The notes: generated by a model from the sequence alone, not told the origin. 47,308 nt of DNA from Octopus sinensis (GCF_006345805.1 NW_021834547.1:1-47308), one strand, 5' to 3'. Positions 1-12,897 are shown, counted from the first letter of the stretch. A program made the numbers and translations.

Positions 1-50
1 TCGTTAACTGCCAACAATCAACATAGATCATTACACAATTACTGTAACAA

Positions 51-920
51 TTGGTGACCACTGACTTCAATTTCGCATACCGTTGCACTATCAAAGCAGC
101 AAATTCTCCTCGCACGGAAGCCCTAGAGTCATTCTGGCGGGAAATCCGGTATGTAAAGAAAGAACACAACCGCGATGCAGCAGAGCTAAACGACATACGA
201 AGGGAGTATTGTGTAAATGCCTCTCCCAAACATCTAACATCATCAGCGAAACACTCCTGATGGTTATTATGTAACTGCCGAAAGGAAAACCATCTGGGAG
301 AGACCTGGTAACATGCTACAGGTACAGAAATCTCGCATTCTTCAGAGAAATTCTCATGGCCTTGCTGCAAAAAAGAACGAATGCAGAGCTAGATATACCA
401 GAATGGCTGACGTTCGCACGGAATACGACTGCCCGCAAGAACGAAGAGTCCAATGTGACCAAAAACTATAGGCTTGAACTTTACGCAGGTTGCCTGAATA
501 AACCTCCCCAGGACCATTGTCAAACAAATGGTGTGATAACTCACGAAGTGGCAAGGGGAAAGAAAGGAGTTTGCAGCTGTACTGGACAGGTCCTCTTTAA
601 CAAAGATGCCCTGAAAGAAGTTAAGCAACATCGTTGTAACATCTTAACAATATGGCTAGACTGCAAGAAGGTGTTTGAATCTGTGCTCACTCATGGATGA
701 CCACAACGTGGTCTACACAGTTATCACTGACAACTATTAATGCAACACCTATTGGTACAAACAGGATTAAGCTATCAACAGGCGCAATCCAGGGCGATAT
801 TCTCTCGGTAATTTTGCCTATATTGGCAGTGAACACTTTGTCGTTCCTGTTAACAAGATGCCAAGGCAACATGGCTGGACAGACGGAGAAAATAAGGCAT
901 TTTACCACAGTACAGAAAGG
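51..920 (+). mobile_element. Degenerate R4/Dong-like non-LTR retrotransposon RT fragment
   Basis: Frameshifted motifs ESFWREI, EWLT..TT..KNEE..KNYR..CLN, GKKGV..TGQVLFNK, WLDCKKVFESV (= W.D.KKAFDSV) and GAIQGDILSVIL.ILAVNTLS (= QGD.LSP..F.LA.NPLS). Confidence 0.75.
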
Positions 921-924
921 AAAT

Positions 925-1665
925 GAAGAATGGAGTCCTTCCACTAGTGCGTTAGGGTCCAACCGATAAAGAATAAAGTCTAACCATTGCTAGATTTTGG
1001 GGAGTTGAATGAGCATGTATAATGCTTTTAAGGCGGTGAAATTTTGCGGGACAGGGGCTAACAACAGGGACGACTACGATCGTCGATGTTAAGTTGGTAT
1101 ATCTACAGCTCTGAGAAATAGTGGTGGTACTATCTGGTGAGGTACAAGAACAGAATATATTTCCTGATCCGGCTGGCATTCGGTTTCAGTGCAGTACTGA
1201 AAATCATGGCGAAGGTTCTTAGGACGATCTTGATGACCAAGGTAGCACAGGCTACGAGTTCCTACACATATCGCATTCTGGATAGATTAGTATGTGCAGT
1301 TGGTAGAGTAAATTGTGGGTCATTTGAGGTGGTGTGAGTTGACCGCAAACCACCGAGGCTATAGGAGGTATTGCGCTGAGGCTCAAACACGAAAGAGGTA
1401 AGGTGGGCAGACCCGTGTTTTAGAGAGGAAATGGGATTTGAGATCTAAGCGAGCACATGAGTAGGTTAGAACAGCTCTCAATATGCGGAAAACTGGTAGA
1501 GCACTCTCCTATAACAGGATGGCTCCAAAGGGCATGAAGCTGCATCAAGAGGCGATCTGAGGAAGTGAAGCTGAAAAAATGAGTTAGAAGAGAGTTGCCA
1601 TGATGCAGGACGTCTTGGAGAGAGTGAAAACAGGGGATCCAGTGAAGGGCACCTCTTCGTCCCAA
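925..1665 (+). mobile_element. Degenerate Gypsy-like LTR retrotransposon pol (RT region)
   Basis: Hand translation across stops gives GVLPLV..VQPIKNKV*PLLDFGELNEHV, TIVDVKLVYLQL, YFLIRLAFGFSAVLKIM..ATSSY, and later CGKLVEHSPITGWL and QGDPVKG, matching an invertebrate Gypsy-type pol I recognise. Confidence 0.7.
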
Positions 1666-1774
1666 TATTTTGTCATCTCTTTCGGATTCAAAATTCTGAA
1701 ATCAGCTTTCACTACTTAGTTCTACGTTATCTTTTCCACAAGAGCCAACCATTTACAATGATCAGCATGTCGTT

Positions 1775-2880
1775 ATACAGCTAGCCTCTTTCATAACCAT
1801 CATATGGTCATATAAACATAGTCTTCTCCCTCGAACGCATATGATTCCTCTTATGCCTAACTTTTCTCTTAAATACATTTGTACTTTGTTGTTCATATAC
1901 ACATATTTTTCACATCCAACGGAGAACGTAGGTTTTCACATGTCCACTGCATTTAGAGCCCACATCTTATTACTATGCTGCACTGTTGTTTGTATATAGC
2001 CATCATACAATCAGTTTTTCATTCTGATAGGGAAGCATTTTGTTACCAACAGAGGGAAAAACCTCTTGAAATTTCTCCAGCCTGTTTTTATTTTAGTAGC
2101 TATAACTTCAGAACAACCTCTCCACTGATGGGTAATAGAAACTATCTTTTTTGTTTAAGGATCTTCCTGAGCATTACAGAAAATCTATTTCCTATGCACA
2201 TATAGAATTTCTTTGCTAGTGTGCATCAATTGCATATAGAGTCTACTTTCTCTGTTAAACTGTCTGTGATACTACGGCAACTCTTGTGTTTCTATAGTTT
2301 GCACTAAGTATACCGCATGGAATTTCTAATAGTATCTCTGTATAGGGTTTGTGTGGCTGTCATAAGCTATTCTTCTGCTGCTAGCTTCTTCTTTGACCTC
2401 ACCTTTTCAGAGTAAGGAACTCTGTGAAACGTTTTCTGCAGATCAATGAATGCTAAGTAGAGCAGCTTACTCTTACCCAAATACATCTGCAGTCACTTCC
2501 CCAAAACATGGATTTTTTAATACTTATCTATTGCCCAGAACCGAACTTTATCTCGTCTCGTCTTTTTCTGTAATTGCTTGAGCTGTAGTTGTTCCCATAA
2601 CTTTCGTGTCCTTGTCCAGCAATTTGATACTCCTGTGATTACCTTTCTATAGCATCTCCTTTATGCTTGTAACAACTGTTGTAATGCTGTAATGCCAGTC
2701 ACTAGGTATACCACTTTCCTGTATAATCTGATTGACTATACAAGTAACTAAGCCATATCCCACAGTGCCAAGTATTTTAAACCTTATAATAGTAATTGCT
2801 AATGGGATTTCTCCTGCTTTAATATTCTTCAGGGCCCTATCTATCATATTACTACCAGCTAGAATGACTAGTCATTCTGT
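1775..2880 (-). mobile_element. Degenerate RTE-clade LINE RT
   Basis: ORF 2647-2847 (ALKNIKAG..GYGLVT.IVNQIIQESGIPSDW), then YLAFIDLQKTFHRVP and a C-terminal LREKLGIRGI-like segment. Confidence 0.75.
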
Positions 2881-2978
2881 TGGAAAGATCTTTCTTCCAT
2901 GTTATCTCCACATATAGTAACCTTAAATGATAGCACTTTCAAGTTTTTTTTACCTCCCTGAATCACTTCTATCCATCC

Positions 2979-3003
2979 ACACACACACACACACACACAC
3001 ACA

Positions 3004-3037
<34 letters not shown>

Positions 3038-3043
3038 ACACAC
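2979..3043. repeat. (CA)n microsatellite
   Basis: Direct sequence. Confidence 0.95.
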
Positions 3044-3574
3044 CAATATAAAAAATAACAACCAACTATACAAAAAAAAGAAACGATATGTAAAAATATT
3101 CACAAAAAGCATGTAAAATGTTGTTACTATACAAATCCAAGGACAAAATATTCAGCTGATTATTGGATAATTTATACAAACAACATCAATAAAAAGCAAG
3201 CAAAAAGAATACCGTTGCATTTTCCTGATTATGTCCTGTAAACTTTATTTTACCAAATGCATCACAGGGTTTTGATGGCTCCTCATCTTTAGAATTTCTA
3301 TCAAAGACAAACAGAAACCAAATGAACTGTTGAAGTAAAGTTGTGATGGGGAAGGTAGAAGAGGAAAAATGACAAAATCAAGAGATAAAGAACAACTCCA
3401 ATGAAAGATACAAATATCACCGACATAGATACATAAATCCATACACGGAAATAAATAAATAAATTTTAATTTAGTTGAATCAAATAATGATTACTTTTAA
3501 ATAAACTGAAAAGGAAAAATAAGAAATATGTTGCCGTCAAAATAAATTAAGGAAATGGGTTTCACCATTCCACA

Positions 3575-3830
3575 TCTGAGGTATGATAAGGCCGTATTCA
3601 GAGACTGGCACGAAGTCACTTACAAATACACACCAAATTCTGACCCATACTGTGCTGTGTCTTCTCTGCCTTTTCTACCGCTACTACAATGGCCTCTGCT
3701 GGATGGCCTCTGACCACCTTATCCAGGTATCACTGATACACACATCAACACCCTATCTCAACAGGAACACCCTCTCTCCGTTCTCCTCTACTAGAAATCT
3801 TATACCTACAGCCAATTCCGCATTCCATAC
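3575..3830 (+). mobile_element. C-terminal fragment of a LINE ORF2 (Jockey/L2-group-like)
   Basis: AVSSLCLFYRYYNGLC-like motif across a frameshift, typical of the post-RT region of these LINEs. Confidence 0.55.
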
Positions 3831-3879
3831 CATCAATCATCAAAATGACCGGACATAATACTGGCATTGTCATAAGACT

Positions 3880-5012
3880 GTCTCCTGCAGTTTTCAAAAT
3901 TTCTATTGGCTTACCTGAAAGAACATAACGCACAATAACTGAAAGCTGAGCAACATTCTGGTGTTGGATCTACAGAAACAGGGAAATACTTGGCAGTTTT
4001 AAAATCTGCAACAATATAATTCTTGATATGTTTTGCCATCAACAGAACAATTTCTTCGTAGATGGTGGGTGATAAGTACGACTGCTTACCACTTCCAGTA
4101 TTGCCAAAGGTTTTCAAGTGACCCATAAGAAATGGATCAAATTGTTCTATAAGTTCCATAATTCTCAGAAAATTTCTCAGCCAACTATCTCTTCACTACC
4201 TCTAAATGCCAGACCTCTCTCAACTAGAAATATTGTCACAGTCGCTACATGAAAGAATGCAATACTTCAGTCCAGTATTTCTTGTTTCCCTGGACTTGTT
4301 CTTCCAACTCCTTGTTAACATGAGATGATCCCTGCATAAAAGATGGGGCTTGACTTTGTTCTTCTGTTTTCAGTTTCTCCTCTGCTTTTCTCACTTCAGT
4401 AAAGCCTTCCTTGTTGGAAAACCTGTCATGTTGACCTTGCAGGAGAGTGTAGTAAAAACAATAAACCTTACCCTCTGATGAGCTGTACAGGGGTCACATC
4501 TTTAAAAAAACTGCTCACCATTGTCATGAATGGTATAAAACATTAAATTTTTTAAACAACGATAGTGCCCAGCCAGTTTGCCTTCATTTGGTTTATAATG
4601 GTGTCGAGATACTGGGAAGGTGTCGGAGGCATTTTTATTTTAACATATGGCTGATTTTTGCCTGAAAGAACATGGACAAATACTTTTCTCTGACAGAAAA
4701 TCATATGACTGTGTCTGGATCCCATGATGCTACTTTGCTATTCATGACAGTAGGACATGAGGATTCTTCACCTTGAATGTCTTGAGGTAATACGTTCTTC
4801 CTCTTTTCAGCAGATCTACTTAGGAATGCAGCTGGTTCTTCAAAAGGAACGTCTGATACTATTTCTGCATTATTAGCCCCTAGGCTTTCTTTTTTCAAAG
4901 AAAATAACAATTCTACAGTGTTTTGTCTTTTCTAATACAACAGCATTTTTTTCATTTTGTTCTTTGTAAATTTTACTCGTCTGAGATCCAGTCAATTGAA
5001 TTTTCTGTGGCA
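3880..5012 (-). pseudogene. hAT-type transposase relic (ZMYM1-like, TTF zinc finger plus DUF4371-like region)
   Basis: N-terminus MPQKIQLTGSQ..K, YSSSEGKVYCF (TTF-like), ELIEQFDPFLMGHL..GNTGSGKQSYLSPTIYEE, AKYFPVSVDPTP (first catalytic D) and RYVLSGKPIE; multiple frameshifts. Confidence 0.8.
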
Positions 5013-5439
5013 TTCTTAGATATTTTGTGTGTGAGTATAATATATATTCTGAATAGAAGCAAAAGAAAATATTTTTAAAAAAATGAATAAATAATGCTGG
5101 AATTGATGGCAGCAATGTAGACATAATTCATTTAATCCTGCTGCAGGTATACTAAGCCAGTCACTTTATGCATATGTATTACTCCTGTGTCTTTTGCAGA
5201 TAAATAGAGCAGCTGCCAAAGTTAATAAAAGTTGAACAGAAAAATGTTCAAGGATTACAGATTAATGATTTCGTTTCCATAAAATTACTTTCCTTCAAAA
5301 TTATGCTTCACTTCCATGAAAATGAAAAGGTGTCAGAATGACAGGTATAAGTCACTAACATTTTTCAATATTCAGGTTAATTTTTTTTTTGTAGATTCCC
5401 CATTACTGTTGGATTTATTTTAATGAAACCACTGGCGGT

Positions 5440-5800
5440 GGAATATGAGCTATGACAACAGATGACTTGCGAACACTTGAAAGAAACGAAGCTAGAATGC
5501 TCCGCTGGATGTCAGAGTGTATATGATTTAAGAGGAAAACTATATGATTTAAGAGGCATCAGATGTTGCGAGCAAGAGAAGAGACTGCGCTGGTTTGGTC
5601 ATGTGTTGCGTGTGGATGAGGACGGTTGCATAAAGAAGAGCTGATCCCTAATTGTGGAGAGAACTTGTGGATGGAATACACGCGGGAAGATGCGATGGGA
5701 CGAAATGGTGAGAAAGTATCTTCAGAAACTGGGCTACACTGAGGAAATATCAAGGGACCGGGAGTTGTGATAATCTGCTGTACTTTAAAAGACGTACCAC
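5440..5800 (+). mobile_element. RTE LINE 3' fragment
   Basis: RGIRCCEQEKRLRWFGHVLRVDEDGCIKK followed by degenerate GRP.K.W and DR..W motifs. Confidence 0.75.
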
Positions 5801-5852
5801 GCTAAGTAATATCCCGGTCATCCATATACACAGGCATGTGATTTACAGATTC

Positions 5853-6106
5853 TAGTGCCATGTAAAATGAACCCGTGCCGGTGGCACGTAAAGTGCACCC
5901 AGCACACTCTGCAAAGTGGTTGGCGTTAGGAAGGGCATCCAGCCCTAGAAACCATGTAAAAACAGACAATTGGAGTCTGGAGAGCTTCTTGGATGGCCAG
6001 CTCCTGTCACACTGTCAAACCCATAGCAGCAAGGTGGATGGACGTTAAACAGTGATGATGATGATGATGATGATAAGGAGGAGGAGGAGGAGGAGGAAGA
6101 GGAGGA
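5853..6106 (+). mobile_element. SINE/RTE-type 3' region with (GAT)n tail, followed by (AGG)n
   Basis: GTGGTTGGCGTTAGGAAGGGCATCCAGC core and GGACGTTAAAC..(GAT)n terminus, recalled from mollusc/octopus SINE-LINE tails. Confidence 0.6.
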
Positions 6107-6624
6107 GAATGTTTCTCTTACATGCCCCTACATCAAAATTAAATCTTCACAGCAACACATTTTCATTGCAAAAGATATCTTTCTCCAATAAAATGTCTTT
6201 TGCTTCAATGTTTGCCATCTTCATTTCCAATTGGCTAAATACACTGACTTTCTTTTAAATTTTCCATATATTTTCTTTCTATGATTTACATTTGCTGCGG
6301 AACACAAAGACCAGGATTTCTCATATTTTGGATTTCATGTTTTAATTACTGCTTTCGCCCTAACATCTTGGGAAAGAGGGGAAACTGGCATTTATAGAAT
6401 TTTTAAGTAACAATAAAGCTAGGCATTTTGATCTTCATCTCAAACTTCCAAAATGCATGTTCGATTTAACCTTTTGAGACTTCTTCATATTTAATATTAT
6501 ATAAGAAAACACTTCTAACAATATACGTTGTCGTGGTTATAACTCATCATCTATGATGAACTCATTTCAGTTTCTTCACATAAAATTAGATCAAGTCCCC
6601 AGCCAGAAAAGTAAAATTTCAAAA

Positions 6625-6626
<2 letters not shown>

Positions 6627-6695
<69 letters not shown>

Positions 6696-6700
6696 CTCTC
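6627..6700. repeat. (CT)n microsatellite
   Basis: Direct sequence. Confidence 0.95.
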
Positions 6701-7460
6701 CATAAATATAATTAGGATCATTATTAGCAGATGCTGTGGATTTCCCACTGAGTTCACAAACCAGTTTTAACTTTTGCTTAATTCACTTTAATTTGTTCTT
6801 TATATAAAAGAGAAACAAATCGGCATCACAAAACCTAACCTCTTTCACTCATAAACATGTGTGTGATTATTAAAATTATTTATGCCATTACTGTATTAAG
6901 AGTAATAATTGAACAGAAATGATATATTGTTATATCAAACACCAATCAGATTTAACTTTTTTTAGTCTTCTGTTGATCTCCATTTTTATGCTTTTCATAA
7001 ATAATACCGGTGATCTAAGGGAGTAGGATTTGGAAATGTAACAATTTAATATATTCCCAAATTATTATGAGAAAACCCCTGAGATTTTATTTCTCTGCTT
7101 CTATCTCTTCACTTCTTTTCTGAAGTGCTAAGCGTTTAAGAAAAAAAGAAAGAAAACGGAAATAAGAAAATCGACTGTATATAATTCCTAAATGTTTTAA
7201 ATGAACATAGTCCAACTGGCCTCATGATACTAAGTTATGATGTATTGGGATGCTCAAAGAAAAGCGAAATAATGTTATTTCCAGCTACTAGGACACTCAA
7301 AAATGAGGTGGAAAATTGAATATTATATAAATAGAAATATTATTTTATGTTCTCTCCCTCGTAAGAAAAAAATCTTGTAATAATAAAAAATATAAGCCCT
7401 GCGTGGTTCTTTCTCTTTAAAGGAAAACCTCACCCTCCCTTCTATTTCTAGCTAACTCAC

Positions 7461-7463
<3 letters not shown>

Positions 7464-7522
<59 letters not shown>
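7464..7522. repeat. (CT)n microsatellite
   Basis: Direct sequence. Confidence 0.95.
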
Positions 7523-7526
<4 letters not shown>

Positions 7527-8790
7527 TCAAAATCATCTGTAGGTAGCAGCAACAACAGTTACCGGTCACATTTCCCACGTGTGTTTCGAACGATGGTTGA
7601 ATTCTGAATGCTACACACAAAACAAACGGAAAGGTACCATGGCGAGATGAAATATATTGGAAATTAATCCTAAGTCATCCTCACGTGATAAGCAGCGTGG
7701 AAATACAAGAGATCCCACGTTTGCACCCGAGAGAAACACAGAGGGGTGTGCATGTAGTTTGTAAAGGAAATGGTAATGAAGTCTGTATGAAGAACAATCT
7801 AACAAGCACTGGAGGGAGAAAATTAACAAGAGAAATAAAACAATATCTTTGAAAAACTACTGGAATGAAATCCTAAACATGTAAGAGACTTTCCCTCATT
7901 CTATCACTGTCTCTCTCCTTCTGCATCTCTCATCCACTGTTAAAAGTAAAGAAAATAGAAAACCTTACTCTCTCCCTATTTCTTAGTAAACTTTCTTTCT
8001 CAACTTCTCTTATTCCGAAAGCAACTGTAGGTGGCAGCACCAACAGTCGCCAGTCAAATTTCACATAAGAAAAAATTACTTATATGGAAATCAACAATTA
8101 AGAGATTCTTTTAGTTACCTCTCCCGCCCATTGCTTTTAGATATCCACATCTCTAAGCGATGTTTTTGTATACTAATTACTGGAAGAATCTCAACTGATA
8201 AAAATGTTTCAATTTACAACATTACCATAACTGAAATCCTAATATATGTGTACTTATACATTATAAAATTTAGGGGCATATTTCTTGAATTACCTTAGTT
8301 TAATGTTTTCCTCTATCCATTGAGATTTCTGAAAATAAACGAAAATAATATGAATGTTTGCAGGAATGATGAGATTTCAGCATCTGACATTAATAACACA
8401 GAGTTTCAAATTCTTTAACAAATTATACAGAGAAGACATAACTGAACAGAAATACTATAATAAATAAGTATAACTACAATTATCTGGAAGAGATAATCCA
8501 ATCCATATTAACACAAGTACACATGAATTTGTTTTCTATTGATTTATAGTTTTTAGCATGGTACACTGGTTTTGACATGGGATTGGAATGAATCAAATCT
8601 TCCGGATAGAAACAGAGCCACATGATGATAAGAGAATTTTATTTCACCAATTTAAACATCTGTCAGGCTGAGAAAGTTATACAATACACCTAATGCATAT
8701 TTAAAAAATAGAGACTAAAATGAAAGGAAGGAAAGAACAGATGCTAAAGATAAATGATCTTGTTGTTTAATATATTTAATATTTTTGTAG

Positions 8791-8987
8791 CCTCCATCAA
8801 TTGAAAGATCTATTCATTGGTGAAACCTTCAAGATAAATTCCACCGCCAACGTTGGTATCCTATTAAAAACAAATTTCCAAAAGCACGCAGTAGTATGTT
8901 TCTTATCGCACTCACAGTTGCACTGCCCTTCAGGATTGTTAGAGAAGTCGTAGAATGTGGTTGTGCTGTGCAAGTTTATATACTGAG
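8791..8987 (+). other. Candidate host (pseudo)exon
   Basis: TTTTTGTAG acceptor at 8790 and AG|GTAAAA donor at 8988; 65 codons with one TGA at 8821. Product not recognised. Confidence 0.25.
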
Positions 8988-9163
8988 GTAAAAGGTAAAT
9001 GATTTTCCTAGTCAAACACTTTTTAAACTTATAATAAATATTCATTGAGCAAGCTGTTGATATGCATATGAGGCATTTTATATAAATTTTATTTTTCTAC
9101 TGAATGATATAAACACTTCTGCTAATGATAAATTTATGAACGAATTTTCTGTTTATCTGCTTA

Positions 9164-10904
9164 TTGTTTGTCGTCTTCTTTAAAATTCCTCGCACTTTTG
9201 TGAATAAGTCAGACAACTTCTGCAACATTTGTGGTGAGGTGACCTTTGCATCGCAGAAGCGCCGTATTACTGCTCTGGTTAGAAAGGTATATCACCTATG
9301 TTTTGAATGCAAGATTGGCGACCAGGATAAGAAGTGGGCTCCTCACATGTGTTGCAACACTTGTGCTACTAGCCTTCACCAATGGTTGAAGAGGAAAAGG
9401 AAAGGAATATCTTTTATTGTACGAATGACATGGCGGGAGCCAACAGACAATACAGGCAATTGTTATTTCTGCATGGTACTTCCAGTGAAAAAGGGCTTTT
9501 CAAAAAAAGAGTCCCATGAATATCGAAATATTCCATTAGGTATGCGCCAGGTTCCACGTGGAAAATGTCTATCTGTTCCTGATGCACCAACTTCCATATT
9601 CTTCGAGTCAGATGAAGAAGAGGGTGAAGAGGAAGCAGAAGGGGATAACAGTGCTGGATTGCGGAATGACCAAAACTTTGATGAAACACACTCCTCTAGA
9701 TCACATCTCATAACACAACAGAAATTCCATGGCCTTGACAAGGATCTATGACTACCTGAGAATAGGGCAAAGCTGCTAGGCTCTCGTCTTCAACAGTGAA
9801 ATCTCCGAATAGCTGATGTAAACTTTCAAAATTTCATGACCGTCAGCAACAGTTCAGCAATTTTTTCATAATGGAAGGATGGAAGCACTTGATATTGAAT
9901 ACGAACCCAGTCACTGAAGGCTGTTCATGGATTCATGAAAAATTTGCCTGAAAGCTCTCTTGTTGCATAATGGCAATAGTGAACCTTCAGTTCATGTGGG
10001 CTATGATTCATATATGAAAAAAACATATGAGAATATAAAGCTTATGCTGCAATGCATAAAATATAGTGAACATCAATGGCAGCTCTGTGATGACTTAAAG
10101 GTTGTTGCCTTTGTGATGGGCTCTCAGGACGGATACACCAAGTTCTGTTACTTTCTGTGTGAATGGGATAGCTGCGCAAGAGGTTCGCACTGTATCAGGA
10201 GAGACTGGTCACCTCGGCAAACGTTGAAACTTGGGATGAAAAAATGTTCAACTTCCACCTCTCTCTGAGCCAAGCAAAATTTTTCTCCCATCACTACACA
10301 TAAAAGTGGGGCTCATGAAAAAATTTGTAAAAGCTATGGACAAATCTGGTCAAGGATTCAAGTATTTAACATCAGAATTCCCACCCCCACTGAGCAATGC
10401 TATGATAAAAGAGGGAGTCTTCATTGGTCCTCAGAGCTGAGAGCTTCTTAAAGAATTAATGGAAAACCTCGCCAAGGCTTACAAGAATATGGGATGTAAC
10501 ATGTCATGTTAAATCCACGTTTGGAGACACATTTAGACGTTTTTCTAGCGAGCTGTGGGGCAGTTAGTGACGAACATGGTTGGTGGTTTACCAAGATATT
10601 TCGACTATGGACACAGCAGTACCAGGGCAAATGGAGCAAAACGATGCTTGCTGGACATTATTCTTCAGCCCTCTATAAGCGTCAAGCAAAAAGGCAGGGA
10701 GTAGATACGGACTAGAGCATTAAACATAATGACAAAAACTGTACGTTATAATAAAATAATCACATATTATATGTCGTGTGTCTTTCAACCTATAGCTAAT
10801 ATGCATTTTTCAAGGTGATATTTGGATTCAGGACATGAAAATACATAAGAATTAACTAATCTTATTTAAGAAGCACACGACTTTTCAAAAGATGACGACC
10901 AGTG
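9164..10904 (+). mobile_element. Chapaev3/CMC-type DNA transposon, disrupted transposase plus probable right terminus
   Basis: FCNICG..GDQDKKWAPHMCCNTC, WREPT..CYFC, DDLKVVAFVMGSQDGYTKFCYFLCEWDS, SLHIKVGLMKKFVKA and GAVSDEHG motifs. The element ends ...GACCAGTG at 10904 (CAC.. on the minus strand). Confidence 0.8.
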
Positions 10905-10915
10905 TTAATAGCTCT

Positions 10916-10917
<2 letters not shown>

Positions 10918-10967
<50 letters not shown>

Positions 10968-10969
10968 CG
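10918..10969. repeat. (GT)n microsatellite
   Basis: Direct sequence. Confidence 0.95.
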
Positions 10970-10974
10970 TAAGG

Positions 10975-11660
10975 CTTATCTCAGGATCTTGAACTTCAGA
11001 GATGTGATTAAAAGCTTGGACACAATGGAAGAAATTATAGAGAACCAGTATCACTGGTGATATGCAGTTCTCCAAAAGACATACCACCTCAGTGGAACGG
11101 TGCTCTTGTAAAGTTGTGTATGTATGTTTATGTTTAACTCGGACCTTCACCCAATTTCAATTCTCTTCAAGCATCCACCACCTCCATCAACTCCCTAACA
11201 CCAGTTCTTACTTGATACCACTTTTCTTTCTATCCAGAATAAATTCACTATTTATCCATCCTTCATCATTTAATATTGTTCTTTCCACCCACACTTTCAT
11301 TCATCACTCCCACCCACCCCACTATGCCATCAAATTATCTCGCCGCCGCCGCCACCACTACACCTGTCACCCTCTCCTTTCTCTTCGCCGCTCATTCCTC
11401 AGTCTACTCAACAGCATGTCATCTCTCTTGTCTTTTTTACTGTGCCATCTTTGTTTTTCCTGTTGTTCTGTATTATAAGATAGCTCCTGCTCCCCACGAA
11501 TTTCTACCAATCTTTTAGCTTCAATGTCCTTTTTGGCACCTCGTAACCCCTATCGTCCATCATTTTCCTTCTCCACTCGTTCATCTCTCTCCTGTGTAAC
11601 AACGAACTTGTTCTGTTCAAACCCTTTTCGCTCATACTTTACTGCTTTCTACTCCTAATT
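10975..11660 (+). repeat. Unclassified pyrimidine-rich interspersed repeat (inverted homolog at 21400-22095)
   Basis: CCCTTTTCGCTCATACTTTACTGCTTTCTACTCC (about 11622-11655) matches the reverse complement of about 21405-21438; the 5' ends are also similar. Confidence 0.6.
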
Positions 11661-11737
11661 CTGCATAAAATTGTCCTACCTCGGGATGCATAGTCGTTCG
11701 AGCTACATGATGACCTTTCTAGTGTCCCGCCATACTA

Positions 11738-11990
11738 AAATGAAGACTACTACACTGGCCATAATAATACAAAAAAATAGAAGGCTTCTCTAAATATATG
11801 GAATATAGTTTCTGTAACTACCAGTAAGAGATAAAGTAGACAACTCTACTTATTGGGAAAATAGTAGCTGGCTCTACCAGAATGAAGAATAATAGTTTGG
11901 CCCTCCAGTATAAAAGATTGCACCAATGTGAGAAAATATATAAAGATATTCATAAAAAGGATATACAGTATTCTTTTTACACATATCCAT
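11738..11990 (+). repeat. Unclassified diverged repeat (copies at about 23088-23350 and 28950-29140)
   Basis: Collinear similarity, e.g. GCTCTACCAG..TGAAGAATAATAG and ATTCATAAA..ATATACAG. Confidence 0.7.
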
Positions 11991-12012
11991 TGTCACAAGA
12001 ACTAATGCAAGA

Positions 12013-12096
12013 GGGCATTAGTTCTTGTGACAAAAGCATCTATATTCTCAGAAGATAACATAGGCATCAACAATGCAAACCTGACTGGAGTGCAGC
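12013..12096 (+). repeat. Approximately 85-bp repeat, nearly identical to 36391-36474
   Basis: GGGCATTAGTTCTTGTGACAAAAGCATCTATATTCTCAGAAGATAACATAGGCATCAACAATGCAAACCTG is identical in both copies; both are followed by (TA)n. Confidence 0.9.
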
Positions 12097-12150
12097 ATAT
12101 ATATATATATATATGTGTGGTGTGTGTGTGTGTTATATAAATATATATAT

Positions 12151-12195
<45 letters not shown>

Positions 12196-12334
12196 TGGTA
12201 TATTATATATGTGTGTATATATATATATATATGTGTGTGTGTGTAATTATAAATATATGTATATATATATATGTGTGGTGTGTATATATAATATGTATAT
12301 ATATATAATATATATATATATATGGTGTGTGTTG

Positions 12335-12366
<32 letters not shown>

Positions 12367-12639
12367 TATGTATTATATATGTGTGTGTGTATATATATAT
12401 ATGTATATATATTATATATATATATATATATGTATGTATTATATATATATATATGTATGTATATATATATATATGTATATATATTATATATGTATGATAT
12501 TATATATTATATATATATATGTATATATATATATATGTATGCATATATATATATATGTATATATATATATATGTATGTTATATATATATATATATGTATA
12601 TATTATATATATATGTATGTATATATATATATATATATG

Positions 12640-12671
<32 letters not shown>

Positions 12672-12727
12672 TATAATGTATGTATATATATATATATAAT
12701 ATGTATGTATATATATATATATATATG

Positions 12728-12794
<67 letters not shown>

Positions 12795-12897
12795 ACATAC
12801 ATATATATAACATACATATATATATACATACATATTATATATAATACATACATATATATATATATATATACATACATATATATATATACATATATAC
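12097..12897. repeat. (TA)n/(TATG)n/(TACA)n compound microsatellite
   Basis: Direct sequence. Confidence 0.95.

Noticed and set aside
5200-5345. AG/GT-bounded exon-like segments here and at 8364-8560
   Set aside because: Stops in the frames examined and no recognisable product.
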